From a virus, in IMG/VR virus record IMGVR_UViG_3300024261_000005: a DNA stretch of 64,000 nt, one strand, 5' to 3'. Below, piece after piece: positions 10,162 to 20,467 of the stretch; within the stretch, counting starts at the first letter, position 1; each line of letters opens with the position of its first letter. The position numbers were made by a program, and so were the translations under genes. The notes below the pieces were generated by a model. The model saw only the letters and a program-made list of their open reading frames with translations. It ran no database searches and had not been told where the DNA came from.

Positions 10162-11355
10162 CTAAAATTCTAAAGTAATTTTATTGTCAGAAACTGATAT
10201 TATTTTATATATTTTTTCTGGCCTGCCAGATCTAGTAGACTTTGGGCCGTCAAAAATTCCGCTTACGGACTGAGACTCAATCTTTATATTTTCTTGAGTA
10301 GCTGTAGCTGCATCAATATTATTGTTAAATGTTAAAACTATTTTATTTAAATTCAAATCCACATTAATGTCCCCAGTCGAAGGCTGCATTGAAGCTAACT
10401 CTAGATACGCCCCCACTGCTTCATTCTGCTGGTTGGGTATCAGTAAGCCATCTGGAGCAATAGGGCTTGTTGACGTATACTCAGGATAGACAAAAATAGA
10501 TTCTGTCCCAGTACTGAACGTTACTAAATTTGAGACACTCAGCAAATCCTCTTTATTTGCTTCCACGATGAAGGCCTCGTTTAATAAATATTCGCCCCCA
10601 GTGAATTTTATTAATATACCACGATCAGTTATCCGCCATCTTTGAACGCACCTGCTTAAGCGTGAATTGTAATTACTGGAAGCTGGTTGTGGTTCTGCCT
10701 CGTCGTCAAACCACCATTTAAATTTGGCCGCTGAACCACTGCCTGCTTCCACGATTTTTAAATTCAATGAAGCTGTAACTTCATTGTTTTTTGGCTCAAA
10801 GCTACCAGAAGACTTTATTCTCGCATCTCCTGTTTTAACTCCACCAACCAGCGTATAAGCGTCGTAAACTGTTCTCTCTGAGACACAATTGCTTTGACTG
10901 TATGCTTGTATCTCTGCAGGGATGTTCGCAATGTTATTTAAACTCTCTCCGCAAATAAATAAATTATATTCTGTATTAATTCTAAGAGGCTGTTTTGGCG
11001 TTATGACCAGAACGGAGTATTTTGCTCCAACACTCTTTTCGTAAATCTCTTGGTCATCCTCTACTTTTAATTCCGCAAGGTTGTTAACTAAGTATGTCGA
11101 ATACTCACAACTGACATAACCTTTGAACATCGGAGAGGTCAGAAAGAACGGGTTAGTTCCATCAGACTGATTTAACCACAAGCCGTTATCTGGCCCAGAA
11201 GTTACATCGGAATCAGGACCATATATAATCACACTCTCTTTTGCAGTTTTTAAATCTATTGCCCTGTCGAATACTAAAACTATTTCCTGTCCAATAGGAA
11301 ATTCTGCTTCAGAGTTCGTCGGGTAGCTTTCATCTGCTTTCAATACTATCGCCAT
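10162..11355 (-). CDS. Virion protein with Ig-like (Big_5/SbsA-type) domains
   Basis: YP...PIGQEIVLVFDRAID, ITPKQPL..NTEY and IVLTFNNNID patterns. Confidence 0.55.
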   Translation of the reverse strand: MAIVLKADESYPTNSEAEFPIGQEIVLVFDRAIDLKTAKESVIIYGPDSDVTSGPDNGLWLNQSDGTNPFFLTSPMFKGYVSCEYSTYLVNNLAELKVEDDQEIYEKSVGAKYSVLVITPKQPLRINTEYNLFICGESLNNIANIPAEIQAYSQSNCVSERTVYDAYTLVGGVKTGDARIKSSGSFEPKNNEVTASLNLKIVEAGSGSAAKFKWWFDDEAEPQPASSNYNSRLSRCVQRWRITDRGILIKFTGGEYLLNEAFIVEANKEDLLSVSNLVTFSTGTESIFVYPEYTSTSPIAPDGLLIPNQQNEAVGAYLELASMQPSTGDINVDLNLNKIVLTFNNNIDAATATQENIKIESQSVSGIFDGPKSTRSGRPEKIYKIISVSDNKITLEF

Positions 11356-11513
11356 TGGGGGGCTCCTTTTAAAGACTGAGTTTATTATAGGTAACTTGTC
11401 TGCATTCAGCCACCTTATCGTTCTAGCTTTAAATTATACTCTTCTTTATGTTCTAAATTAAAGCTTTCCATAATAATGGCCTTTAATTCTAAAAATTCGT
11501 CCCCCACAACGAC

Positions 11514-11546
11514 AAAAGGGGGAAGACTTACGTCTACTCCCCCTCT
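11514..11546 (-). terminator. Rho-independent terminator after the major capsid gene
   Basis: Minus strand GGGGGAGTAGAC-GTAA-GTCTTCCCCC followed by TTTT. Confidence 0.65.
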
Positions 11547-11581
11547 CGTTACAAGTGCTTTTTACGTTAATGAACTATCTC

Positions 11582-12913
11582 TTAGAGATTAGCCTTTACG
11601 TCTGCTTCTGTTATGTCAGTAAGATCACCAACAGCAGCATTCACTGCACCGTCATATTCGTTTGCAACACGCTTAACGTTCTTGAAAACGCCAACGCCTT
11701 GACCCTCATGTGCGACAGCAAAGCCGTAACGCTCACGGATCTTAACCTTGACAGTCTCAGTACCTTCATCGCGCCACTCGACAGTAGTAGCCTCTTCATC
11801 AACAAGATGGAAACCAACATTACCACTTGAAAGAAGGAAGATGTCACCAGTCTCACTCTCAGGATCATAAGGACAAAGAGGTGAAACAATGATCTGGAAT
11901 CCAAATGGGAAGTACGAAGGTATTTTTGGAGCAGAGGTAGCGTTCTGGCTTCTTCCTTCAACGGAAGTAGCAGCGCCACCAGTTCCAACACCTGAAGTAC
12001 CAATTCCACGAGGATTCACAGTACGAACACCACGAGAAGGTCCACGACCACCTAGTGCGCCGTTGCTCCAAGGATCTTGACTTCCTGGATCACCAGTGTA
12101 CATATTGAAGATAGAGCCTCCACCATGTGCAAGCATCATGGTCTTGAGGACAGGATCCTGCAAGAAGGTGTAGTAAAATAATGGATGCATAAGTAGAGTG
12201 TCAGGGCTGAAGCCTTCCTCTGCCATATGAGCCATACCGCGCATCAGGTTCTCCATAGTCATAGAGCCGTTTGCCTTCAATGCTGCGCCAGTTACCCCAC
12301 GGCCACTACATACACCGTAAAGTGAACTAGAAGGTTGAAGGTTATCAAAGAGTGCGGTTCCAAGTTGCTTAAGGAAAGCGACAGCTTTTTGCTCCTTATG
12401 GCGAACCATTGCGTTACCCATGAGCTCAAGGTTTTTAGCCATGATATCAAAAGTACTATAACGAAGTGCCTCATCGGTGAAAGAAGCAGCGATACCACTC
12501 TTGCCGATGTAAGCTGTTGAAACAGCGCCACCCATTTGGAAGTTAACCTCAGGATAGGTGCCTGACTCCTGTACGTCGGAAGCATAAACTGCACCCATAG
12601 CTCCAGTAAGAATTTGAGTATTCAAACCTTTTGCTTGTACACGACTAAATAGTGGAGTGATAACCATACGAGGCTCTACGGGCTCACGAATGAGAATCTC
12701 CATAGATTGTTGAAGGAGAGGTGCGATTTCAGAAGATGAAATTGCGTCACGGTTCTTAGGAGAGATTACATTAACAAACTCGTTCCAAGTTACCGTCTCT
12801 TCCGTATCAGGAAGAGCGCCTCTGTTAGAAATCATATCTGCTACATAACGTGCAGCAGCCTTTTTATTGTTAGGAAGCTCTAAGCGCGTTCCGTCGGTCA
12901 TTTTAAATGCCAT
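11582..12913 (-). CDS. Major capsid protein (HK97 fold)
   Basis: 443 aa; V.ESGTYPE, KSGIAASFTDEALRYS, LLMHP and C-terminal IRERYGFAV motifs; downstream of protease; followed by a terminator. Confidence 0.85.
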   Translation of the reverse strand: MAFKMTDGTRLELPNNKKAAARYVADMISNRGALPDTEETVTWNEFVNVISPKNRDAISSSEIAPLLQQSMEILIREPVEPRMVITPLFSRVQAKGLNTQILTGAMGAVYASDVQESGTYPEVNFQMGGAVSTAYIGKSGIAASFTDEALRYSTFDIMAKNLELMGNAMVRHKEQKAVAFLKQLGTALFDNLQPSSSLYGVCSGRGVTGAALKANGSMTMENLMRGMAHMAEEGFSPDTLLMHPLFYYTFLQDPVLKTMMLAHGGGSIFNMYTGDPGSQDPWSNGALGGRGPSRGVRTVNPRGIGTSGVGTGGAATSVEGRSQNATSAPKIPSYFPFGFQIIVSPLCPYDPESETGDIFLLSSGNVGFHLVDEEATTVEWRDEGTETVKVKIRERYGFAVAHEGQGVGVFKNVKRVANEYDGAVNAAVGDLTDITEADVKANL

Positions 12914-12939
12914 GATAAGTTCCCTTTATTTTAATGTAA

Positions 12940-14295
12940 TTATTGAATCTTGACGTTGATGATAGCAATTTCATCAGCAACGGTTTCATCAGAAAGAGTG
13001 ATGAGGTCGCTGAATCCCTTAGTTGCAGAACCAGGCATTTGCGCATCAGCTTTAAACTCAGAACCGTTCCAACCAGTACGAACACGCTCAAGAAGACCAC
13101 GAGGCTCTTTCTGGAATGCGAATACGCGACCGATAGTCCACTCATGCTGGTCGCGGAGACTTGCAAGCGCAGCCTCTACTTCAACAGCAGTACCGGCTCC
13201 AGCCGCAGCAAAAGTAACATTTTCAGCAGTAGTCATATCACGAACGACGAAGTTACTATTCACATCAAAGACAACAAAATCACCTGGCTTAGCTTCGCCA
13301 ACAAGATGCATCATCTTCTCATTAACAGATACGGTTGCAGTATAATCGAAAGCAGTCAAGGCTGTAAGTGCAGCTGCGTTTGCATCAACGGGAACATTAG
13401 CAGCCCCAGCAGTCAAGAAGAAGAAAATCCGACCAGCATCTGCATCGAGATACCAATCGCCTGCTCTTGCTAGCAAACTGATATCATTGCGCTCACGACC
13501 AGACCATGCAGCGTTAGCACCAGTCTCCAACAAAACAGGAGTACGACTAGTATTTCCTGCGAGCTTTGAAGTCCAATCATAAGCCATGACGTCAGTCAGG
13601 TCTAAATGACTGTAACGAGTCAACAATTTGAGTGACGCTCCTGTAACCTTTGTGCCATTGTTGAATACATTAGAAGCAGCTGGCTCGCACACATGAGCAA
13701 CACGCATTTGAATATCAGTAAAGAACTGAATCAAGTGTTGCTTCTGGTAGTTAGTAAAGTGAAGATTAGCAGCATCATCACCAGCCCATACATATACATC
13801 ATAAGCTGCAATACCTACAGGTGCTGAAATAAACTGTCGACCAACTGCTTGACACTTGGCGTCAGAATCTGGAGCGTTATTAGCAGCATCAATAACCCAG
13901 CCTTGATCGAGTACTGCTTGGCAGAAAGCCTGCGACTCTACATTGCCAATATCAGCCAACAACAAGGGGTTTCCAGTTCGGATATCAATGACTTTTGCAT
14001 CAACGTCACTGGCATCATAAGTGATGATGACGGCATTTTTTGCTCCATCTGCAAGTCTCTTTAAAAGGCCAGCGGGGACAACACGACCAGATGCATCAAA
14101 AGATACAACCTTGCCTGAAGAGATGACGAAGAAGTCTTTTGACGCTTCGTTTTGCCAAATAGTTGGCAACCATGCTGCAGGCTTCCATTCACCTGCGGGG
14201 ACTGACGCATTCATTTGAACGGTATTATTCGGAGTGATGTTGTCCATCATATCCGTTCTGGTTTTAAACGTACTTTGGAATCGACTAATAGCCAT
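12940..14295 (-). CDS. Capsid-associated structural protein (decoration/cement candidate)
   Basis: Between protease and capsid genes; Ala-rich; strong SD (AGGAG). Confidence 0.55.
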   Translation of the reverse strand: MAISRFQSTFKTRTDMMDNITPNNTVQMNASVPAGEWKPAAWLPTIWQNEASKDFFVISSGKVVSFDASGRVVPAGLLKRLADGAKNAVIITYDASDVDAKVIDIRTGNPLLLADIGNVESQAFCQAVLDQGWVIDAANNAPDSDAKCQAVGRQFISAPVGIAAYDVYVWAGDDAANLHFTNYQKQHLIQFFTDIQMRVAHVCEPAASNVFNNGTKVTGASLKLLTRYSHLDLTDVMAYDWTSKLAGNTSRTPVLLETGANAAWSGRERNDISLLARAGDWYLDADAGRIFFFLTAGAANVPVDANAAALTALTAFDYTATVSVNEKMMHLVGEAKPGDFVVFDVNSNFVVRDMTTAENVTFAAAGAGTAVEVEAALASLRDQHEWTIGRVFAFQKEPRGLLERVRTGWNGSEFKADAQMPGSATKGFSDLITLSDETVADEIAIINVKIQ

Positions 14296-14324
14296 AATTA
14301 TTCTCCTATAGTTTTAATGTTTTA

Positions 14325-16295
14325 TTAAAAATTACTTGGGTTAAAGCCGCGAGGCAAATAGGTAGACTTGGAGTTAAGATAGCTATTAGCAGCATCTTTT
14401 CCATACTCTGATAAAATATTTTTGTATTCTTTAACAATCTTTTGTTCAAAAGAACCCAAGGAAGAGACCTTGTCTTCCTTATTAATGTTTGCGTCTTCGT
14501 CTGCATGCTCAGATGGACTGCTAATTTGATTCATGTTTGTTAATACCTTGTCTGATAGTGAAAATATTTTTTCATCCTTATCATCTAGATTTAATTCATC
14601 TTGAGCTGTATTTTCAACTGTATCTTCATTTTTTTCGCAATTAATATTTAAATCTTCAGTATTATCAGCTGAAACTTTTTTATTTGCTTCGATAAACTCT
14701 ACAACAACTTTAAACTTCTCTTCTAAACTTTTATACATCTCTTGTAAATCTTTTAAGTCAGATTTTAGAATACTAACTTCTGAATCGCATTCTAGCGCTT
14801 CAGCTTTTTCATCAATCAATGTTAAGATTTTAGACTTAATAGTATCCGAAAGTTTAGTTTTGCTTATCAAGTCTTTCGCAGCTGTCACATGTGCGCAGTC
14901 TGGAATTGGGAAAGATCTTTCAGGCCCACAGAATATAGCATCTGGTAGTTCTTTCCTTTCGTCGTTACTCATGGAATTGCCCGACTTCACCATTACGGTT
15001 TGTAAAGCTAAGTCTAAGATATTCCAATCAACGTCTAGAGAGACTTCGTCTGCAGTCTCATCCTCGTCGAAATCACCTTCGTCGGGATCGTCTTGTTTCT
15101 GAAGCTGATTGTCGACTACAAGAGGCTCTGCTTCTGCTACAGCCTCTGTGGAATCAACAACCTCTTCGTCTGGTTGTTCTTTCTCCAATTTCATAATATC
15201 TTCCTTTTGTGTTGGAGGTTCATTCAAATTCTTTTCGCCACTATAGGCTATTTGGATAATTGTAGCTTTTACTTTGGAAGGCGCCTCAACATAAGCGACT
15301 CCTTTAGTATGTAATTCTCTCATAATCTTTTCATCTAGCACTACTCTATGATCATAGTTTTGATCTTCTAACTTAGCGGAATCGATTAGCGCTTCTACCC
15401 CTTGATTCCTCTTAACCCTTTTATACGCTTTTCTCACTGCTTGTAACTCATTTCCGGCTCCTAAATCATAGTTAGAATCACTCATAATAATTTCTTTTGG
15501 AAATATTATGAGATGCTCACTAGAGTTGTCTTCTATTGGTTTACTACTAGATGTATCGATAAGCTCCATCTCTACTACTTGAGAGAGGTCATCTGCTGGA
15601 GTATTTACTACCGACCCTTCTAGTACAATAAAGTCTCCCGTAACAAAAACGCAAGTTTCATCATCATAAGTCTTTCCATGCCTGTGTTCGCACATGCCGT
15701 CACTGACCCAATCCTGATCACAAATACTGCAAATATGTCTGTCTGTAGTAGAGCCCGCACTGAACGTTAAGTATCTCCCATCAAGAAATCTCTTAATAGC
15801 TTCTTCGTCAGTAACGTTTGCTTTGACTCGCATTCGTCCAAGACCGGGCCAATCTTTATTGTTAAGCAAATTTAAATCTTTTAAAGTTTTATAAATTTTC
15901 TGTGGGTCGTCTTCTGTGAATGCATTATGTATGTCCAGCATAGATTTATTTGAATTCAAGAAACTAGCAGCTTCATCATTTAGGCTTTGCCACTCACCAC
16001 CAATAAACCTACCAATAGGCTCTCCATTTTGGTCGTGGTGTTTTAATATCGGCTTTGGGTATGGATTTGTCAACGAGTCAATACCCTTTTGCTGACCTTT
16101 TGTAGAATAAATCCTGTTATTTATTTTTCTACCCGAATGAGACAAGTCGTAAGTAATCACAAGCCCTTTTTGTTTAAACTCAACATTCGACAAAAGATTA
16201 TCGATAAGCGTAATTTTGCTTTTCTTGTCTAAGGAAAGTATTCTTTTGTCAGGATTTATTTGAATGAAATCGTTGTATTTGATGAGCTTACTCAT
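14325..16295 (-). CDS. Prohead protease fused to acidic/coiled-coil scaffold region
   Basis: PILKHHD...PIGR, DGRYLTFSAG, CSIC..CEH and EGSVVNTPAD motifs; C-terminal ERKELPDAIFCGPERSFPIPDCAHV motif and coiled coil. Confidence 0.75.
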   Translation of the reverse strand: MSKLIKYNDFIQINPDKRILSLDKKSKITLIDNLLSNVEFKQKGLVITYDLSHSGRKINNRIYSTKGQQKGIDSLTNPYPKPILKHHDQNGEPIGRFIGGEWQSLNDEAASFLNSNKSMLDIHNAFTEDDPQKIYKTLKDLNLLNNKDWPGLGRMRVKANVTDEEAIKRFLDGRYLTFSAGSTTDRHICSICDQDWVSDGMCEHRHGKTYDDETCVFVTGDFIVLEGSVVNTPADDLSQVVEMELIDTSSSKPIEDNSSEHLIIFPKEIIMSDSNYDLGAGNELQAVRKAYKRVKRNQGVEALIDSAKLEDQNYDHRVVLDEKIMRELHTKGVAYVEAPSKVKATIIQIAYSGEKNLNEPPTQKEDIMKLEKEQPDEEVVDSTEAVAEAEPLVVDNQLQKQDDPDEGDFDEDETADEVSLDVDWNILDLALQTVMVKSGNSMSNDERKELPDAIFCGPERSFPIPDCAHVTAAKDLISKTKLSDTIKSKILTLIDEKAEALECDSEVSILKSDLKDLQEMYKSLEEKFKVVVEFIEANKKVSADNTEDLNINCEKNEDTVENTAQDELNLDDKDEKIFSLSDKVLTNMNQISSPSEHADEDANINKEDKVSSLGSFEQKIVKEYKNILSEYGKDAANSYLNSKSTYLPRGFNPSNF

Positions 16296-16336
16296 TTTGC
16301 CCCCTTGCGTATTAAATATATCTTAATATATTTATA

Positions 16337-17830
16337 TTAGTAGTTTTCAAGTGTTTTCAAGACATCAGCAACATTATTGCTATTTTTTATCTTCTCAAAC
16401 AAACTTATGCTGTCTTCGCCTAGCTTCGGAGAGGATCTTTCACCATGCTGATTTGCTGGTTTTGAAATATTATTAGAAGTGTTTAATTCGGTTGAACTCT
16501 TCACTATTCGCTCTTGCGCTAACGTCGAGTGTAACTTCTTTACATCCTCCTCAGTCAGGGGGCGCTCTCCCAGCTTTGTTCTTGCCTCTGTTTCGCTTAT
16601 CAAATTGTTTAACCACAACTGTACGATTTGGTTCTCTACCTTTATTTTCTCTTCTTTGTCTACCGCACCGAACTTAATGTAAACCATTCTGTCGCTATCA
16701 AACATTGCTTCTTCATAGCCACCTTCACAAAGTAGTTCTGAAATAACATAAGTTTCAATAAAAGTTTTTATATTTCTCTGTAAGGCTTCTACATCTTGTA
16801 TCGCAATTTTCGACAAGGCATTAGCAGTACTTCTATTCGCAGTATCACCTTCACCCATGTCCATGGCTGAAACACCAAGACCTGCGTACACACGCTTCTT
16901 GAAGTAATCCAAGTACTCTTGGATTTTAAGCGCCTTACCTTCGGAGCCAATAGCGTCAATTTTGTGCCTATGATCTGAAACAAAGATTCCACCTGAAGGC
17001 ATATACTCAATCGTATTTCGAACCAAATCTGATTCCTTTACTCCGTCAGGACCATATCTTTCAGGCATCAAATCATTGCCAACCGTGTAGTGATACAAGG
17101 GGTGCAAGTTAGCATCGATCATCTCCTCGATGTTTTCTTCAAGCCTTCTTAGCAGAGCAATGTCTTCTAGTACTGGAAGTAGCTCAGGTGTTCCCATAGT
17201 AAACCCAGCTTTTCTATTTGTGTAGAAATGAATGACATCATCAGGTGAGAACTCTTTGCTCTCTGCACTTGCTAATTGTTTCTGCAAGATCTTTTTAATC
17301 TCACCGTTTTTCTTCACTTTGAACCATAAAGTTTCAAATGGAAGTATAAAATACCCAGCAACAGGCTCTACAGACTTGCCATTCTTGTCTAAGACTTTCC
17401 CTGTAGAGGCATCGCTATTTCTGTTTTTAACCCATGCACAATTTGAATACCTAATTAAGTCATGCGCCAGGTCTGTCATTAATAAATTAAACGGCATACC
17501 AGAAACAGTCTCTATTTCTTTTATTCTTCTTCTTATATAGTTTACTGTCTCTTTATCGTTGCCAACAAACTCCCATCCAGCCAATACAAATCTTTGAACT
17601 TTCTTTTGTATCGCTTTGAACAAAAAAGCATCCGTATCTTGAGCTATCTGTATTTCAGTTAGATCATACTCTGGCTTGAACCAAGATCCTCTATGCCTAC
17701 TTGCGTAAGATAGCGCTCGCCCGTTTACTTTTTTAACTTTAACGCCAGAAATATTCACTCCAGGAATTGGAACATTTCGATCTTTATTAGAGATTGCATT
17801 TAGAATTCCTTCAAAATCATTTGCTTTCAT
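16337..17830 (-). CDS. Portal protein
   Basis: FSPDDVIHF...GTPELLPVLEDI...YFKKRVYAGLGVS...GEGDTANRSTA...ISETEAR pattern; synteny. Confidence 0.8.
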   Translation of the reverse strand: MKANDFEGILNAISNKDRNVPIPGVNISGVKVKKVNGRALSYASRHRGSWFKPEYDLTEIQIAQDTDAFLFKAIQKKVQRFVLAGWEFVGNDKETVNYIRRRIKEIETVSGMPFNLLMTDLAHDLIRYSNCAWVKNRNSDASTGKVLDKNGKSVEPVAGYFILPFETLWFKVKKNGEIKKILQKQLASAESKEFSPDDVIHFYTNRKAGFTMGTPELLPVLEDIALLRRLEENIEEMIDANLHPLYHYTVGNDLMPERYGPDGVKESDLVRNTIEYMPSGGIFVSDHRHKIDAIGSEGKALKIQEYLDYFKKRVYAGLGVSAMDMGEGDTANRSTANALSKIAIQDVEALQRNIKTFIETYVISELLCEGGYEEAMFDSDRMVYIKFGAVDKEEKIKVENQIVQLWLNNLISETEARTKLGERPLTEEDVKKLHSTLAQERIVKSSTELNTSNNISKPANQHGERSSPKLGEDSISLFEKIKNSNNVADVLKTLENY

Positions 17831-17834
17831 AGAT

Positions 17835-19496
17835 CTACCTCAAGTTGGCTTTCACAGTCTGTGTAATTTTTAAGTTATTGTACCCTACCTTGCTTCTAGT
17901 TTCTTTACTATCGGTAAGCCTAGGTATCAAATTGAGTGTAGCTTCCAATTTGGATACTGGCACTTCAATGTAATTCACATTATCTGCAATAGACGCAAAA
18001 GTAAGCTCCTCAACAGGCTCTGACTCAGGGCGTATGTTTATCCAATAAACACTCTTAATAGTATCAAGATTCTTGAAGTGCTTAGCTTCGCTTTTATTCA
18101 GCAAGCTTATATCGATCGAACAAATATAAATCATGCAATTTGGCTTGTGCTCTGCTGATTGCTTTTTTATCCAGCCCTTAATCTTCCCCAAGCTTTGCTG
18201 CAAGTCGCGAGTTCCATAGTAAGGCTCAGCGCCCCCAGCCCAAGTACTAGGAAGCACTTCGTCCAACTTCAAACCACTTTCACCAAAATAAGTACTCTTT
18301 ACCGTGCCTACATCAAAAGTTTCGGTAGACAAACCTACCGAATGATGCTTTAGAAACTCCTTACAAAACGCCTTGCCTTCTTCAGCATAGAACACCTCTA
18401 GGAACTCTGAAAAAGAAAACACTTCCTCACTATCGCTTTTTTCAAATATGGCTTTGAGGCTTTCGTCTAAATTTGTCGTTTCAATTAAACTTCGAAAAAG
18501 TTCTTGAAACGACGAGCCGATAGCTATTAATTTTTTATGTAAAAAAGCTAACGCCAGATAGCCAAACGAATACCCCTTATCGTCGATAATATGTTCTTTA
18601 GCATAATGCGAATCTACATAAGAGTCGACAATACCACTCATTTCTTCTGACGAATACTCTAGTATAAGTTCATCAAATCCATACTGGTCCTGGGTGTATT
18701 TTTTTGGCAGTAATTTTCCTAAAAGCCTAACTATACCTCCACCAGAAAATAAATTAGCAGAAGCCTCAAAGAACCAAAGATGGTCTTCGGCCGTGTCACT
18801 TGTCTCACCTTTAAGACTACCAAAAAAACTTTCATAAAAATGCACAAGAGTGTTATTTAAAACTTGATAAACATGAAATAGTTCATGCGCCAAAGTCATC
18901 CATCCACGACCACGTTTGTGCCATTTTGCATGAAATACTTTTACGTTCGTTAAGTCAATTCTGAGAAGCAAATCCCTGCCAGCATAAAGAGGAGTAAAAA
19001 GAACATCTGCGTTGGCGTTCATAGCTACTTCGGTAGATATAAGAAGATTTCTTTCGCTGTCTGCTTGCGGAAGGTCCCACCCGTCTCTTTCATTTATTAA
19101 GAATAAGTTGGGCATCCAATCTAAAAGCATGGAAGAGTACAAAGATTGCCTGTCTGTTAGGACTTGAGTACCCTGTGGATCAGTGTACCCAGGCACAATA
19201 TGATATGTTAATTTAAAATTATTAATTTTTTGATGTATAAAAAGAATACCTTCAGTACTGGCAGCATCTCGGCTATCAGTAAGAAAATTTGCCTCACTTA
19301 TGTGCGTTGTGTTCTTTCCAGGATGGATAAACAAATGAATCAAGTTGGGTCTCCACCAATTGATTAGCGCACTTCTTATTTCTTCTCTCCAGATGCCATC
19401 CTGAGAGCTGATTTGCGAAAGGTCATCTTCAAAGAATAACGCATATTTAGCTGGTTCTTTTTTTGGCAATTGAGAACTTGTTGCTTTTAAACTCAT
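17835..19496 (-). CDS. Gluzincin zinc metallopeptidase, flagellinolysin-like
   Basis: AHELFH, then WFFEASANLFSGG, then YSFGYLALAFLH. Confidence 0.7.
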   Translation of the reverse strand: MSLKATSSQLPKKEPAKYALFFEDDLSQISSQDGIWREEIRSALINWWRPNLIHLFIHPGKNTTHISEANFLTDSRDAASTEGILFIHQKINNFKLTYHIVPGYTDPQGTQVLTDRQSLYSSMLLDWMPNLFLINERDGWDLPQADSERNLLISTEVAMNANADVLFTPLYAGRDLLLRIDLTNVKVFHAKWHKRGRGWMTLAHELFHVYQVLNNTLVHFYESFFGSLKGETSDTAEDHLWFFEASANLFSGGGIVRLLGKLLPKKYTQDQYGFDELILEYSSEEMSGIVDSYVDSHYAKEHIIDDKGYSFGYLALAFLHKKLIAIGSSFQELFRSLIETTNLDESLKAIFEKSDSEEVFSFSEFLEVFYAEEGKAFCKEFLKHHSVGLSTETFDVGTVKSTYFGESGLKLDEVLPSTWAGGAEPYYGTRDLQQSLGKIKGWIKKQSAEHKPNCMIYICSIDISLLNKSEAKHFKNLDTIKSVYWINIRPESEPVEELTFASIADNVNYIEVPVSKLEATLNLIPRLTDSKETRSKVGYNNLKITQTVKANLR

Positions 19497-19579
19497 TTTC
19501 TAAAAGCCTTCCACAGTTACTTCAGAACTACAATCATCATCACAGACTATAGCCCAATTTGGTTTAGTATTGTTAGACT

Positions 19580-20467
19580 TCATGTAACACCGTATTTTAC
19601 CCAAAGGGTTACTTTAGAAAGAACCCCTCCTATAAGCAGGATTTTACCTTCATCGCCCTCAGCTTCCGCATAATCTTCGTATTCAAATGTAATATCTAAC
19701 AAAGAGTCTGCTTCGTCCGCTAAGAACTTGCTTAAGTCCAAGGAATATTCAAGAGCTATATCTGCAGCTTTGAACTTTAAAGTAAAATCACTCAACAGCT
19801 GGCCGGCTTTGCTTGGTACAGGGATTAATTTTTTTATTTCCTGCACTAATTGTTGCTTGACACTGCCGTCTTCCACTAATGCTTCAATGTTCTTCTCGTT
19901 AATTCTATGCGCTCCACCAGTAGTGGTAGTAAAGTTACCACCAAACAAATATTCGTCAAATCCAATACTCTTTTTAAGCTGAGTCAGCAAGTCGTCAACT
20001 TGAAGTTCTACAGGTTCGCCATCAGCACCATCGATCGTGAAAAAGGGGTCTGGAGCGACTTTGTTTGATTCTATAGTTATTGATGGCGCAACGTGATCTT
20101 TAACGCTTAGGCTTCCCGTAAACTCAAAGCCAAAATCTATTGTAATTGGCGCAGGCTCTTTTGCCTTCGGGACAGCTAGTTTTTTTGGTGGCTTCGGTAT
20201 CAGCTCTGTTGTAACTTCAACCACTTTAACAGTTGCTGCTACTTGCTCTGGCGGTCCAAGCAAAGGCTCTGGCGGTCCAAGCAAAGGCTCTGGCGGTCCA
20301 AGCAAAGGCTCTGGCGGTCCAAGCAAAGGCTCTGGCGGTCCACGCATCCCTTGATCGCCTTGCGAGCCAGGCAGCTCATAACCAAGGTACTCAAGATACT
20401 TGGCATATGCCGCAGCAATAAAGTCCGAATAGGTTTTAGGTTGATAAGCCACTGAGAATTCCTTCAT
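19580..20467 (-). CDS. Hypothetical protein with GPPEPLL repeats
   Basis: Co-directional ORF overlapping the upstream gene. Confidence 0.6.
   Translation of the reverse strand: MKEFSVAYQPKTYSDFIAAAYAKYLEYLGYELPGSQGDQGMRGPPEPLLGPPEPLLGPPEPLLGPPEPLLGPPEQVAATVKVVEVTTELIPKPPKKLAVPKAKEPAPITIDFGFEFTGSLSVKDHVAPSITIESNKVAPDPFFTIDGADGEPVELQVDDLLTQLKKSIGFDEYLFGGNFTTTTGGAHRINEKNIEALVEDGSVKQQLVQEIKKLIPVPSKAGQLLSDFTLKFKAADIALEYSLDLSKFLADEADSLLDITFEYEDYAEAEGDEGKILLIGGVLSKVTLWVKYGVT
20245..20341. repeat. 21-bp perfect tandem repeat, about 4.6 copies, in frame
   Basis: Unit GCTCTGGCGGTCCAAGCAAAG. Confidence 0.95.
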
